Of a stretch of DNA of 64,000 nucleotides, positions 36,922-51,045 are shown piece after piece. This stretch comes from Cystobasidiomycetes sp. EMM_F5 (lineage: Eukaryota): contig JBPGPT010000010.1 of assembly GCA_051047955.1 (NCBI GenBank), forward strand, positions 62,001 through 126,000, read 5' to 3'. Under the pieces are notes generated by a model. The model was not told the origin of the DNA. It saw nothing but the letters and a program-made list of their open reading frames with translations, and did no database searches. Every line of letters starts with the position of its first letter. Position 1 is the stretch's first letter. A program made the position numbers and the translations under genes.

Positions 36922-39900
36922 ATGGCTTCTGCCAGCCCAGTCCTCGGAGGAAGCAACAGTCAATTCCCGGCACAGCTTCGACGAGACTCTGTGCAGCCCA
37001 GCATGGAGCAGCAGCCTCAGCATCCCATTCCCAAGCGGAGAAGGCTGGCGTACGATGCGACTGGAGCTGCCAAACAGACGTCGAGCTCAAAGACTGCGAC
37101 TGCGACTGCTGTCTCTCCCGCTGCCTTCGCAACCGAGTCCCGTCGACCGACTTCGACGACGAGCAATGGGAGCAGTCACCACGTATTCCGCAATATGGAG
37201 AATGCGTACTTGGATACTCAGCTGCGGTCGGATGAGGGAGCTTATAGAGCGAGCAACAGTCTGAGCAGCACAAGTTCTGCGACAATGCAAGCTGGAGGAG
37301 AGTATGTCTTTGACAACAATGCGACGAGCCCGGCCTTTGAGGAAGACCGCGCTCCTGGGATGCAGGACGATGTCATGCAGCACCAGCAATCACCCACGAC
37401 AGACGGTCAGCCTCGGAAGAAGAAGATTACGCGATTGAGGCCGTTGAGGTCGTGCGTTGATTGTAATAAACGGTGAGTCTGTATCATCGTATACCTCACA
37501 CGCTCGGCAATTGACGGTCGAATGGATGGTTTAGCAAAATCAAGTGCGACCGCAAAGCGCCTTGTGGACCCTGTGAGAAGCGAGGCGAAGGAAACAAGTG
37601 CACGCTTGGCGTATCTGCAGACTCGACTACTGGGTGAGTGCTTCCTCCGTCCTCGGCCGTATAGCGGGCGTGCAGTTGCATGTGTTTTGCCTAGCAACGG
37701 TCACTCAGGCTGACCTACTGCCTCTGCATCCGCACAACAGCATCAATAAAGCCATACTAGATCGCCTGACGACTCTCGAAGCCAGAGTCGACGACCTGGA
37801 AGCTGCAGGTGCCAGCGATGGTATAGCTAGTCCCGACCCGAGCGATCTTCAAACCGGTACAACGGGCGAGAATTATGGGCGATCCACCACTACACCTCGA
37901 GCTTTGCTTCCCTCTGGACCTGTGACGCCTGCTGAAGGACCAAATCACGTATCCAACAAGTTGGACACCATGTCTCTCAAACCAGTCTTACCGCCACTGA
38001 TTCAGAAGTCGAGCATGGATGGCATAACTCTACCCGGCATGTCTGCTCTAAGTCAGAAGAAGGTCGCAAATAACGATGCGACGGAAGAAGCTGCTCTAGC
38101 GCTCGAATCCCTCTGTCGACCGAATCTAACTGGTCAAGTCAACGCTCAAAGCGTGCCGGTAAGTCTGCCTTGTCTTTAGGCTAAAGCTCGAACTTGCCCT
38201 GAGATATACCATAGCAGACTGGATCTTCTTCTAATAGCGGGGAAGATGCCCGTACGCGCTCATCAACCATCCGAATAGAAGCCGCAGTCTCCGACTCGTA
38301 CCTCGTCCAACAATCCCAAGCTATCCGTCTTCGCGTGCTGCAATCTCCCATGTTCCCTTCTCAAGCTTTATCCGACCACCTCGTCTCGTCCTATTTCCGA
38401 CAACTCGACCCATACTGGCACGTCCACATCAACCAATTCTTTGATGCCGAATACGCCGATTTCTGGCGATTGCGCAAAGAAGGTCGACATCTCGAAATTG
38501 ATCCTGCTTGGTTGGCTCTATACTTTGTGACGCTCGCTCTGGGCATGCAAGTCACGGAACAGCCACTCCCTGCGCACATTATGCGTCCCGAATGGACGAG
38601 CACCGATGCAGTGCTCGGCATGTCGGATATATGGGTCGATATGGCTGAAGAGATGCTGAAAGCGGCGGATTGGATAAGGAAACCCCAGGTCAGAGCGCTG
38701 CAAGCTGTGATACTCATCAATGGATACCAAAGCATGTGTAGTCTGGTGGACCCGTCAGGAGCAGCATTCAATGCTGCAGCAGTCAGAATAGCACAACTGA
38801 TGGGATACCATGAATTGGCGGAGGGATCCGACAAAATGCCGCCTGATGATCCTGCCGTTCCCAGCGGAAACAACAAAGTAAAGGTACAGCTTGCTAGACG
38901 ATTGTGGTTCTCGCTGGTTGTGCTCGAGCACGTATATGCGTGAGTAGAAATGCTTGATGTCGACGTGCTGCGGAATACTGATGCTTACGTGAAGAGCGAG
39001 AATGGGCATGACTCTCCCCTCTGCCTCGACGCCTTATACCACTACCTTCCCTGCCAATGTCAACGACATCGATCTCACTAAAGAGGGTCCGTTGGTTGAA
39101 AAGCCGATATGGCAACCTACCTCTACATCCTCTTTACATCTTCGCTGGATCCTTGCCAAGACGTACAACGAGCTTCTAGCACTTCCTGCCGAGATGCCAG
39201 CCGCCGAGAAATACAAGCACGTACTCTCCGTCGATGCCGAGCTGCGCAAATGGTTGGCGGAAATACCGGCTGATCTCCTTTCTACTCAAGTAGGAGGTTA
39301 CGATTCGTACAAGACTGCAGTATGGAAACATTGGTCGGCCCTTGCGGATGTGCATGGTCAACTGTTGCATCTGCACAGACCTTATATGGTTAGGGGCTAC
39401 ACAGACTCGCGATTCAGCCTCTCTACCCAAGTCTGCCTAGACAGTGCCAAAGTCATTTGCGAGTCTAGGCAATACCTTCAGGACAGCTTGGTCGACGAGC
39501 GTTTCTGGTGGACGACAATGAGATGGCTATCTGCGTGTATCATCATATTTAGTGAGTGATAATCACAGATCAATGGACGGGACGTCACTGAGATTGTCAC
39601 CCAGTCGACTTATATCAATCTATTGATGCCGGAATGCCGGCGGAAGCGCTGCGGCGGAAGAAGGCAGAGATCCCGCATATTTATGCTGTCTTCCAAGCGA
39701 GAGTGAAATCACCATATCCAACCACTCGTGCGTTTGCTGGAGCTGCACTCAGGGTTGTGGATAATCTGCTTGAAGCGGAAAGAGCAAAGCATGCTGCTGC
39801 TTCACGACGAAACAGCCTTCCTGCAGGCGCTGGAGAGGCAACAGAATCCGTCGGCCATGTCTTTCAAAGGATTGCCAAGCATATGCGATCATCTACATCG

Positions 39901-40690
39901 GTCACGGCAAACAATTCTCCTGAAGTCTTTGCTACTCCGGCAATGCTGGACCAGGATGCAGCTGCTCGCATGATTGGACATGGGTCAGGTCATGTAATGT
40001 CAGACAGACGAACAAGCCAGACCACAACGCAACCCATCGGACTGCATGCTGAAGCTGCACTCGCTCAAGGCGTCCCTCCTCCCGACGTAGCTTCGCACAT
40101 GTTGACTCCCGTTTCCAACGTCTTCATGGACTTGGATTCTCGAGCGAGCTCGAGCTCTACCTCCGGCTTCAACTCGGCTCCTCCGCAGACACTGCATTTC
40201 AAGAATCACTCCCAATCCCTCGGACCGATGCTATCAGGACCTCTACCTCGCGATATGTCCATGGGAGCCCCGCTGCAACGATCCAATCCTTTCCCTCCGG
40301 ATCACAGCGTAGCACCCGGATCATACACTTTTGGCGGACCACCATCGGGCGTTGGCGGAGCAATGTCTTCTGGTCAAACCCTCTTTCCCTCTGATTCCGG
40401 CATGCCGTCCCATATGCCAATGATCGGTCAATCGGACCCACCCTTGCATCCGATGCCGCCACCCATATCTTGGGATACTTCGCATTTCTTCCATCCTGAT
40501 CCTTCTGTCTTGTTGCGTGACATGGGCTATAACGCTCCGCCGGCCGCGCCCGAGCTACTTTTTTCGGACCCGCCGGTCTTTGATTCGATGAATGCAGACT
40601 GGTAAGCTATACTTTGGCTTTTGCGCCTCAACACATCTAATGACCCATGTCTGCAGGATGAACGGCTATCCTCCCACACACAGGCCCTGA
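36922..40690 (+). CDS. Zn(II)2Cys6 fungal transcription factor with middle homology region
   Basis: Spliced SCVDCNKR|KIKCDRKAPCGPCEKRGEGNKC; DPAWLALYF, RRLWFSLV, FPANVNDID, LHRPY. Confidence 0.92.
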
Positions 40691-40912
40691 TCTATCCAAA
40701 AGCCACTCTACCGCCCTATTTACATATCAGATCTATGTGGGCTGTGCTATGCTCGCTTGGCTCGTAGTTCAGTACTCTTGTAAGATGTCAGTCTGTGCCA
40801 TCAGTACCGTATCAGTACCTTCGTAGACGTGCTTGGCAATAGTCGTGTCACAATCCGGAATGCCTTCGCATAATGGGTTGACTCTCAGTATACAACGAAC
40901 ATGTACATTCTA

Positions 40913-43900
40913 CTACCAGCCTGAACTCGCTATGCGAGTATTTTCCAATTTCTTCATGACTTCGCCAATGTTTCGACCTAATTCTCCGGCAATGGCTGCT
41001 TGAGCTTGTTGAGGTAATTTCGCGTATGCTTCACACAGATCGCCATCTATCGTAGCTTTTTGCGGAGCGTAGTCTGTGCACGCGACATTTGCTTAGCTGT
41101 AATGTACGTCGGCGGACATGAAAAAGGAGCTTACATCCTCTGTACATCAGATGGTCCCGCCCTACTAGCGAAGGTTGCGGAACGCCAGTCGTAGGGTCGC
41201 CGCGCATTTGCATTTCGAGCGTTTGGAAAAAGTCAATATCTTCTCGGGTTGACAGCGGAACGAGCATGCCGACGGTCCCACTAATGCCAGTGTACACGAG
41301 CACATCTCGACCACCGGCAACGAGCGGAGTCTTGATGATTGATGTGACGATATCGCCAACGTTGAAGTGAGTAACGAGGCTGACTTTGTGCGGCGCTCCA
41401 TTGTATTGCCCCTTATCGTGGAGGAGGCCAGCTCCAGTTGTATCGATATCGACTTTCTCGGAGACACCGGTCGGTAAGCGAGTGATGAAAATGTTACCAA
41501 ACTTATCGGCGCCAGCGATCGTTTCGTAATCAACAAATGTCGATGCCGTCGTCCATCTTTGTTGGAAATCATCCGCAAACACGATCAAGCGATTATCTTG
41601 CGCTTTGTAGACAGCGAATTGGCAAGAATCTTGCTGGTCTCCGACAATGATCCGGGTACCCATGGTAGTCAGAGTAACGATGGCATTTTGGAAAGTCTTG
41701 TTCTCCACTTTCCGCAGTAGCTTTCTTCGACCGAGTTCGTAAACTCGTAGGACCTTACCGACGCCCGCAAGCAGTCGGCCCTGGAAGGCTGTCAAAGCTG
41801 TTGGCACGTCTTCCACCTCGGTCTGTACGCACAGAAAGATCAGCTACCCCCACGTGGCGTTCTACCCCTGTCCGCGCAACGTACCTTGTGCAGTAATTGT
41901 AAATTCCGGCCATCAGGCGAAATTGTATACGTGTGTATATATGCTTGTCGGCATGCCCTCGGTGCCAGGACCGTCTCTTTCGCAGTGCCGACAACGAGAT
42001 GTGGCGCTCCTTGAGCAGCTGCAAAGGGCACCACGGCTATACTGAAAGCGGCTTCATTATCTTCTAATTCCAAGCGGGATATCAATGGCGACTGGCAATT
42101 TTGCTCAATTAGCATCGCCGAGCGCCCAAAGATGTCTCTGCCTACCTCCAGATTGGTCGAGTCGTATATGCTTATGCAGGATGCCCAATTGCCTGCTTCC
42201 GCCCTAGGTCGCCCGAATTGGTCGATAGGCAAATCAAGCACTTCTTGATTGATTCTGCTGGCGGGCTGAGAGTACGTTATCAAAATTAGTACGGTAGTCG
42301 CAGGAAACAAATGAAGATCCACCCACCATTTGACTGAGTTTGGCTTGTTGGGCGGAAGGTGAGAGGACGCGGTGGTCAGATTCGGCGGTATAGAAGAATG
42401 TATTATTAGGATGAGTCGCAATCTTGCGTGGTGTGTATGATAGAGGAAGTGCCGTTTGTTGGACTTTGACATCCAATCTCGGTAAAGTGAAGATTCGAAG
42501 CGTGTTATCGGTAATAGCAATGATGCCATCCGGACACAGCTCAGCTGAGAAACCGCTAGCAAAGTCAAGAGCGTCAAAGATGAGTGGCGCAAATTGGAGC
42601 ATGCCATGTTGTGGGTAGTTGAGCCAGCTTCGACTGCTCATAGCCAATACACTGCTCTCCCCACCAACCTTCATCCGCCTTAGTCCAATCTGTCTTGTTC
42701 CAAGGAAACGCGTACGTGTATCTGTCAGTTCGCCGTTCGCGGCGTCTAAGACCGTCCTCAGCAGGACACCAGTCTGTAGTCCGATGTTGACGAATAACGT
42801 TGGATGCACTTTGTCAATGGACGTATCGAGCATGTTGATCATGCATAGAGATGATGGAGGAGCGGTAAGAGCTTGGATAGAGAGTGTCTCCAGGCAGTTT
42901 TCAAAGTCGAGGGATAGAATACGGACTGTCGAGTCCTCGCAACCCACGGCCTGCAGACCTTGTCAATTGGCGTAGCTTTATACGAGTCATATTGTACCTA
43001 CCAAGTACGGCGTAATCAAGCGCCCTTCTGGTAACTCCGCAATGCTGATAGCCGTAATACCGACGCCCATGTCCTTCGTTTCTGAGAATTCGGTGAGCTG
43101 GCCTTCTTGTAGGAGATAGTATGCCAATTCGCCTGTACTCAAGGCAACCACAATTTGACGATCGTTACTCGCTACGCTGACAGCTTGAGTCCCTCTCTTG
43201 ACGGGTGTTGGTGTTCTTCTCCCATCGGGGTGAATCAGCTCCAGACCACGAGGATGAACCTGTACCAGCGTGTTATCCGCTAACAATTGTATGCCTAATG
43301 TCCGGACATCCGGTCGGATACCCGTATTATCTACGGTCTCTATACTCTCGCCAACAGAGAAAGTGAGTGTCGCGTTCGGTGCAGAGAGAATGACGTATGA
43401 ATCGAATGAATCTTCATGTTTGGCTTTTGTTGACCAGATACCATTCGGCCTGAAACTCAGCTCCTGTTGCGCAATCTCGGAAACTTCCAGACCGTGCCGT
43501 AGTGTTCGTAGAGTACTTCGTGTTCCTCGTCCACAGGCAGTATAGATTTGAGGCGTGTCTGCGGCGATGAGGTTCAGGACGCGCGCATCGATGATTGGTG
43601 CTAAAGAGTCCATGTCGTCTACCAGGTTGAGATTCTGTAAAGGCCGTGGTATGAATGTCTGGGTCGGGAGATCGCCTTCTATAACACCTAATTCCGGGAA
43701 ATCAGTCGATGAAATCTCGCCTCCGTCTTCGCCGAGCGATTCGAATTGGTACACTTGGCTGTAGATTAAAGTCAGCCAACCGTCTCCACATGCAAACAAT
43801 CAACATACTGATTTCCAAACTCGCTCGCGACAAACAAGAATCCGCTTCTGAGAATGCACAGACTGGTCGCAGTGGGAATGGTATCGAAATACTTGATCTT

Positions 43901-45073
43901 GAGCGCTTGCAGTTCCTCTTCATCCCTGTCCATGGTGACCTTGAAGATATCACCATCCTCATTCTGAAGCAAAAAGAAGAATCCACCTCTCGCTTTGTAC
44001 ATGGCAAACGAAGTAATCATGATTCGTCTTTCAGGGTCTGCTAACGGATGATCACGGCGGGGAATGGGAACACGATGCTCTTTTTGTCCTTGGTGCTTGT
44101 AGATGATGTGATCTTCTGTGCAGATAATGACACCAGATGGTCCGTCGAAGGATTCAGAGTTGGCAGACTGTCCGCCCGGAACTGTCCATTCACCATGGTC
44201 AGCATGGATAAATTGCATACTTCAGTAGCAACTCACCAGGAATGAGCATATTCGCACGCGAATCTGTCGCTTCACTCCACTTCCGGACGACGTGATTCAA
44301 CCCAAGATCCAGCTCGTAGTAGGTTAACATCTTTTCCGCATTTTCAAAGGCCGCTCCAGTCGGATCCTGATCTGCTTCAGAGTAGTCGACCTCAAGACAC
44401 GCGAATAGAGGGTTCTCAAAGCCGACGTCTACACCGACTATGCTATGGATAATGGTATGCGCCTTGTGTGCCTCGAGCGGTGATGAGATTGTCAGGTTGG
44501 CCGCAGAGTCGCGGTTGAGAATGTACACGCTGCAAGTATTGTCAGTAATGCGTGTATGCATTGTGAATATGACGTCGATTATGCACTCACAACTTGCTCT
44601 TTTCGATGGCACCAATCATTACGCTTCGTCCTTTGGGATCCACAGCGACGTGCTGCCCCGGCACTATTCTCCTACTCCCCGACTTGCCGTAAGTCTCCTG
44701 ATGCAGCTTCTTCCAGCTGTTTGACGGTGCATCATACTCGCACACGACGATTCTGCCAGAATCCGAGCCGATAATTAAGAAGTCTGGGAGAGAAAGCGTC
44801 AGGAACGAGACTTATCCACATGGAGACTATCACAAACACACCCTTGCTACTCCCCGTGAGCCTGAACGGCTGTATTGACCGAACTGTCCCAAAAACTTCA
44901 GTAGCCAGCAGAGAATTGACCTTTCCCGTCTCCTTGTCAAGGGTGAGCAGCTCTATCCTCTGCGACCCGCGGACTACGCAAATCTCCTGAGTGCGAGTCC
45001 CGCTAAAGTTGCCGATGACTGCCTGGGTGATGCTCGAGGGCGGCAGGAGTGTCAGGTTGTAAAGGTGTACCAT
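40913..45073 (-). CDS. RSE1: Pre-mRNA splicing factor Rse1 / SF3B3 (SAP130)
   Basis: [74 protein letters not shown]. Confidence 0.97.
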
Positions 45074-45368
45074 CTTTGCAGGACTGCGAGCAGGGTACGA
45101 GGAACAGAATGGCTGCCCGTCTCAGCCAAGAGCGGACTAGCGAGCAAGATGGACAGTCCAGTATTGGTGGAATAGCGAGAAGCTGAAGACAGACTGACTT
45201 GAATGCCGAGTGGACGCTGATCGAGATATTTTATAGCAGCTGCGTTTACACGCTGCCTTTGCATCATTCTGCAGCATATGACTATTGCATTTCGCTATCC
45301 ATGATCCTGACACTGCAATAGCCCGTCTTGCGAGATTCGCCTACAGAGCATTCTCGAGAATTGTAGTC

Positions 45369-46242
45369 ATGTCGGGCGTTCTCGAAGTAGGCTCGACGGA
45401 TGCGCTAGGCGTGTGCTAGTAAAAAAAAGTAGCCTGGTATCTGCTAATGAGTAATATGCAGACCGCGACATTGGCTTGTTTGCGACCTGGAGCGTGTCGT
45501 CGAGCAAACCTGGCTTCGAGGTACAACAGCTCACAGACCCCTCGACGGCGACATTCTGGCAGTACGTCGCATATGCATATTCACATATACTGCTCTGAAG
45601 TAGATCCGAATATCCACAGGAGCGAAGGACCGCAACCTCATCACATCAACATCCAATTTCCTCGCAGAATGGCAATCAGTGTCGGTTATCTCTCACACCC
45701 CTCCTCGTTTGTAACAAGCTGATTTCTTCACTCAGCAAATATCAATGTTTGTAGATATTGGACTAGACGACTCCTACACTCCTCAGAAGATCTCAATACG
45801 CGCTGGGACCCATCATGGAGATTTACAAGAAGTCAAGTTTGTAGAGCTCGATAACCCGCATGGATGGGTGCACTGCTTCTTGGGAACTTACGTCGAGGGA
45901 GAAGAGGAGGACCTTACGGATCCAGAAGCGTGAGCGATCCTATACTCTCATGATTTGATGCGTTCATCTAACTATGGCGACAACAGCCTCGGCATACGCG
46001 CAAATATCGTCCAACTGGCCATAATTGCAAATCATCTGAATGGAAAGGATACACACGTTCGGCATATACGTATATTTGCGCCAAAGAAGTGAGTATATTT
46101 GTACGCTTCAAACCTGCGATGAATAGTTCTGAATTTTGGCCATAGGTATCCAGTCGAAGCGGCAGATCTGGGTGAAGATAGTGCGGAACATCTTGGGCAG
46201 TGGAAGACGGAAATAATGAAGATGCATCAGACTATCCGGTAG
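45369..46242 (+). CDS. APC10: Anaphase-promoting complex subunit 10 (Doc1)
   Basis: ATWSVSSSKPGF, WQ|SEGPQPH, DDSYTPQKISIRAGT, NHLNGKDTHVR, and C-terminal IR tail (HQTIR*). Confidence 0.93.
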
Positions 46243-46532
46243 TCGACGTACCATTCAAGCACGCCAGGCACGCAGTTCATCAAAAAGTCATACCAACGAA
46301 CAGTCATGTAAGACTCAAGTGCATATCCAACACTTTCGAGTTCTCAGCCTCTGCATACATGAAAGTATTGCTGCGCTTCCGCTGCTATTCTTCGACGAAC
46401 GGGGATGCCATACCCCCTCGCCGGCCAAAAATAGGGGTCGATCAGGCAGTATACTATACCGAGTCAGCCATTGCTTCTTCTCTCCTTGACGAACAGCTAT
46501 TTGACACCAGCAAAATCCATAGACACGGCAAG

Positions 46533-48232
46533 ATGCCTTGCCTTTCGAAACGGACCACTGAGTTGGCAAACAGTGCGGATCCGAGGCTAGAAACGCTGAT
46601 TCGGCGATATGGACCGCAAGTGAGGGCGAGCATCTATCTGATGATGCGGATTGCTGAAAGTAACACGCTAGTATTCAGAAGACTATCCGGAGGGAGTGAT
46701 CAACCTCGGCATTGCTGGGAATGTATGCGGATTGACACTCGCATTCGGCATGCACTGAACAAATCCCATGTAGACTTTAATGGCTGATTGGACGTTGGAG
46801 CATTTCAAAGAGCTCCCACTGACACGTGCAGATCTAACATACGGCGACGCTATTGCTGGATCGAAACGGTTGTACAAAGGTCTGGGTCGATTGTTCGAGA
46901 AATATTTCCATCCGATAACACCAGTGACGGAAGAGCATATGGTGTACGGAGTAGGTCTTAGTGCTTGCATCGATCAGCTCGTTCAGAAAATCTGCGATCC
47001 TGGCGATACTATCCTTATATCCAGGCCATATTACAGTCAGTCAGTACACCCTTGCCGATCCGAACCAGGAGCTGATCTTTGATGGACGGTAGACGGCTTT
47101 GACAGAGATGTATCGGCACGTTCTTCCGCTCGTATGGTCGGCGTAGACATCGGGAACGTGGATCAAACAAGTCCGGATACGCTAGATGCGTTCGAAAGGA
47201 CGGTAAAGCTAATGAAACACAAGAACGAGCCGATGCCCAAAGCCATTCTATTATGCAATCCTCATAATCCTCTTGGTCATGTCTATCCGAAAGAGACAGT
47301 ACTCGCATATTGTCGTTTTGCAGAGAAGCACGATTTGCATTTGTGAGTATTGCCTCTGCCTTTACTCCTTCACATGCCCAAAGTTGGCTCATGTGGATAC
47401 GACAGGCTAGTGGACGAGATATACGCTCTGTCGCTCTTTGAGAATAAGGGTGAGTTATGCTTTCGAGGCCTGTTCATCCACTCATAATACTGCTGTTACT
47501 AGACGTCCTGTCTAGACCGACTTTTCAGTCTGTACTCTCGATGGATGTTTGGAAAGAAGCGCAGTGCAATCCTGCAAGAGTGCATGTGCTCTATGGGTAC
47601 GAGAGGTTTCCGCTTTTTTTCAGCATACGCTAACGCATACGTTTGCAGAATGTCCAAAGATTTCGGTGCGAACGGGTTACGCGTTGGTGTAATTGTATCG
47701 CAGCACAACCCGGAACTCATAAAGTCATTCGCGGCGAGCGCGATACTCATGAAGCTCTCCTCGCCATCGGTACGTACTCAGCACACACAGGCCGCTCCGG
47801 GTGGTGTCTGACATCGGAATATGACAGGACGCATTATGGTCTAAGATTCTGCTCGATGCTGAACTGCTCTCCTCATACCTCATCAAAGCACACGCGGCCG
47901 CATCAGACGCACTCGAATTTGCAGTAAGCTGGCTCGACAAGATGCGCATTCCATACGCCAATCCTTCAGCTGGCCATTTCATATGGTGCGATTTCACCGG
48001 CTACCTCCCTTCGCACGACAAGAGCGGCAAAACACTAGCTACAAAAGCTGAAAGGGAATGGGAGCTCTGTGTACGGTTGCTGGAGGCCTGTAATGTCTAT
48101 ATTGGACCGGGGTCTCTCTATCACGCTGTGGAACCGGGCTGGTGCAGGCTTACTTTCACTGTCGAAAAGGAGTATATTGCTCTTGGATTCCAGCGGATGG
48201 AGAAGCTGTTCCAGCAGCTGGCGTCGAGTTAA
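46533..48232 (+). CDS. ACC-synthase-like PLP-dependent aminotransferase (class I/II), copy 1
   Basis: LTYGDAIAGS, RPYY, LCNPHNPLG, DEIYALS, PLP-Lys MSKDFGANGLRVG, PGWCRLTF; multi-exon. Confidence 0.88.
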
Positions 48233-48558
48233 ACGCACTTCTTGGTATGTTTGGCCTTTGCTGCGTTCCGTTCTTCGGAACGGACTTGGCTAGACATGGG
48301 CTTTTCGCAAATGGAGTGAATTGTGGCGCTGAGCACCCAATTCGACGTAGACGTGCCTTCTGGCGACAGCTGGTTTGGACAGACCGAATCTATTTCGCAT
48401 TTTCGCATGTAATTCACAAGCACTGGATGTGGCCCGTCCTGAGCGATCTTGCTAATCCGAGCGGGCAAGTGACAGAAGTTGTCGACATGGTGTCGAGCCA
48501 TAAGTTTGCATGGCCGAGTGCATCACCTGCGTTGGGTTCGACCTTCCATGCGAAATGA

Positions 48559-49084
48559 TTACATTGATAGAACGGCTTTTTGCAATCTTGGACGGATGGA
48601 GAGACTTGCGCACATGACCCTGTACTTTGAGCGTATTGACAGCATGAGGGCCTCTAGATCTCGCTCGGGCGATGTCGCAGCATTACTGTCGTTGTTGGCT
48701 GGATATTTATCAATGAGCGAAATGAGCTGAGTAATATTCTGCAGAGCTCTTTATACATAGTCAGTGGAGTTCAACAGCAGAGGCTGCCATGGTGTTCACC
48801 TCTTCTTGCTGTCGTCTGCTTGTATTACTGCGCTCCAGAATTCGGCCTGCCCGCGATAGTATCCCAACTCTTCCCATATCTCAAAGCCATTCTCCTGACC
48901 CATTGCCCGTCCTTCGAATATACCATGTAGCTTGCCATGTTCAAAACCAGCTTCATAGCCTGAGGAGTAGAAGCTGCCGTTGTCATTTCAGCCAATATTC
49001 TCCGAAACTGTCTATAATATCAAGGTACTCTGCTTCGAGCTGGTTGAGCGTAGACAGGTCTATATCATCTTTGACGTCGGTCAT
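48559..49084 (-). CDS. LTO1: Lto1/ORAOV1 (Yae1_N/DUF1715) CIA adaptor
   Basis: 3 exons: MTDVKDDIDLSTLNQLEA|DFYSSGYEAGFEHGKLHGIFEGRAMGQENGFEIWEELGYYRG (GX3 repeats)..|..IRSKYRVMCASL. Confidence 0.85.
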
Positions 49085-49210
49085 GCTCAGCGTTGGTGAT
49101 AGGCTAGAACTGAAATACTCCTGCACTCGGCTTGAAGCTAGCCGATCGGTCGTCTCTAGGTCAATCAGCTGAAGCACGCAGCGTTCACTCTGTCCAATAC
49201 GCTGACAATC

Positions 49211-50957
49211 ATGACCCAGCAAGCAGAGCTGCCTCCTTCCTCGAATGCCCCTACGCTGTCGAAAAGAGCCATCGAGCTCGGCAAGAGCGCAAGTCCGATA
49301 TACGAGGCACTGTTTGCGAAACTGTTTGGCAAGCAGGTGAGACGATAGCACATATGATGGTGTTTATACATAGTCTAACATATCAATAGTATTCTCCCGA
49401 GAATCCAGATGGCCTGCTGAACCTCGGTGTGGCGGAGAACGTAGGCTATGTCATCATATCCTCCTTTACAACGGCTGAGTGAAGATACACCACGACAGTC
49501 TCTCATGGCAGAGTGGACGCTCGACACGTTCAAAGAAGTTCCCTTGACGCGAGCGGATTTGACATACGGAGACGCGCTAGCCGGTTCACAAAGACTATAC
49601 AAAGGACTAAGCAGGCTATTCGAGAAATACTTCCACCCCATCACACCAGTCACAGAGAAGCATATGGTTTGCGGCGTGGGCGTGAGCGCTTGTCTCGATC
49701 AGCTCGTCGAAAAGATTTGCGATGTGGGCGATACTATCCTGATTTCAAGGCCTTACTATAGTATGTCCAGCATTTTCATGTCTTCCATATCTTTCCACTA
49801 ACGTGTTCGTCAGATGGATTCGATGGAGACGTATCCGCGCGCTCAGCAGCCCGACTTATCGGAGTAGATCTTGGAGAAACAGACCAAACGAGTCCGAAAA
49901 CGCTAGACGCCTTCGAAAAAACAATCAATGATATGGAAATGAATGGCGAAAAACCACCGAGAGCGATTATATTATGTAATCCTCATAATCCGCTTGGTCA
50001 TATTTATCCGAAAGAAACAATCATCGAATACTGCCGATTCGCGGAAAGACACAATATTCATCTGTACGTATACTGTGCGGCCGAGTGTCGCGAACCAATC
50101 TGAAACTATATGGCAGTATTGTTGACGAGATCTACGCACTATCTTTGTTCAAGAATAAAGGTCAGGGCGATTTCTTAAGTTGGGGACATGACACACGCTG
50201 ACTTGCGTGACGGTAGACGTCGAGACGCAAATTCCCTTCCAATCTATACTCTCCATCGATGTGAAGAAAGAAGCTCAATGTAATCCAGCCAGAATCCACG
50301 TTTTATACGGGTAAGTCCCGCTTCGGCTTCTTTTTGAGGGTGTGTTGCTGAAATGAGTGAAACTCAGCATGTCCAAGGATTTTGGTGCCAATGGCTTGCG
50401 CATCGGCGTCATGGTCTCGCAGCATAACAAGGACTTGATCAAGTCATTCATGTCGAGCGCTATCCTAATGAAGCTTTCTTCGCCTGCGGTAGGCACTTGA
50501 GTCTCCGTATTATACTTCTGTATTCTGATGAGTGATGCTTCAGGATGCTTTGTGGTCCAAGATCCTGCTCAACGATGATCTGCTATCGTCATACATCGTG
50601 AAAGCACAAAGTCGAGCAGCAGACGCCTTAATATTCGCCGTAGAATGGCTTGACAAGATGAAGATTCCGCATTCCTATCCTTCAGCTGGTCATTTCATAT
50701 GGTGCGACTTCAGCCAATACCTGCCTCACAAAGACAGGGACGGGAAGAAACTCAAGACGGCTGCTGAGAGAGAGTGGGAACTGTGTAGGCAATTGCTGTT
50801 TGATCATAATGTTTATGTCGCGCCCGGTAGTATCTACCATTCGACAAAGGAAGGCTTTTTTAGACTTACATTTACGATACAGAGGGAGTGGATGACGGTG
50901 GGATTGGCAAGAGTAGAGAAGTTGCTGAAGAAGTTGAAGGACGAGTCCTCCGAGTGA
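49211..50957 (+). CDS. ACC-synthase-like PLP-dependent aminotransferase (class I/II), copy 2
   Basis: NPDGLLNLGVAEN, LTYGDALAGS, LCNPHNPLG, DEIYALS, MSKDFGANGLRIG, GFFRLTF; same intron positions as copy 1. Confidence 0.9.
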
Positions 50958-51045
50958 CGATAATGTATATACTGTAAATGGTTCCCACGGTCATTATGGG
51001 CAATTTGTCTAGCTGCTGTCTAATGTGCATTTGCGCGTATGCCAA

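Noticed and set aside
38185..38215. TPP riboswitch-like words (GAACTTG, CTGAGATATACC) in an intron
   Set aside because: Wrong order, no supporting stems, and the host is not a thiamine gene.
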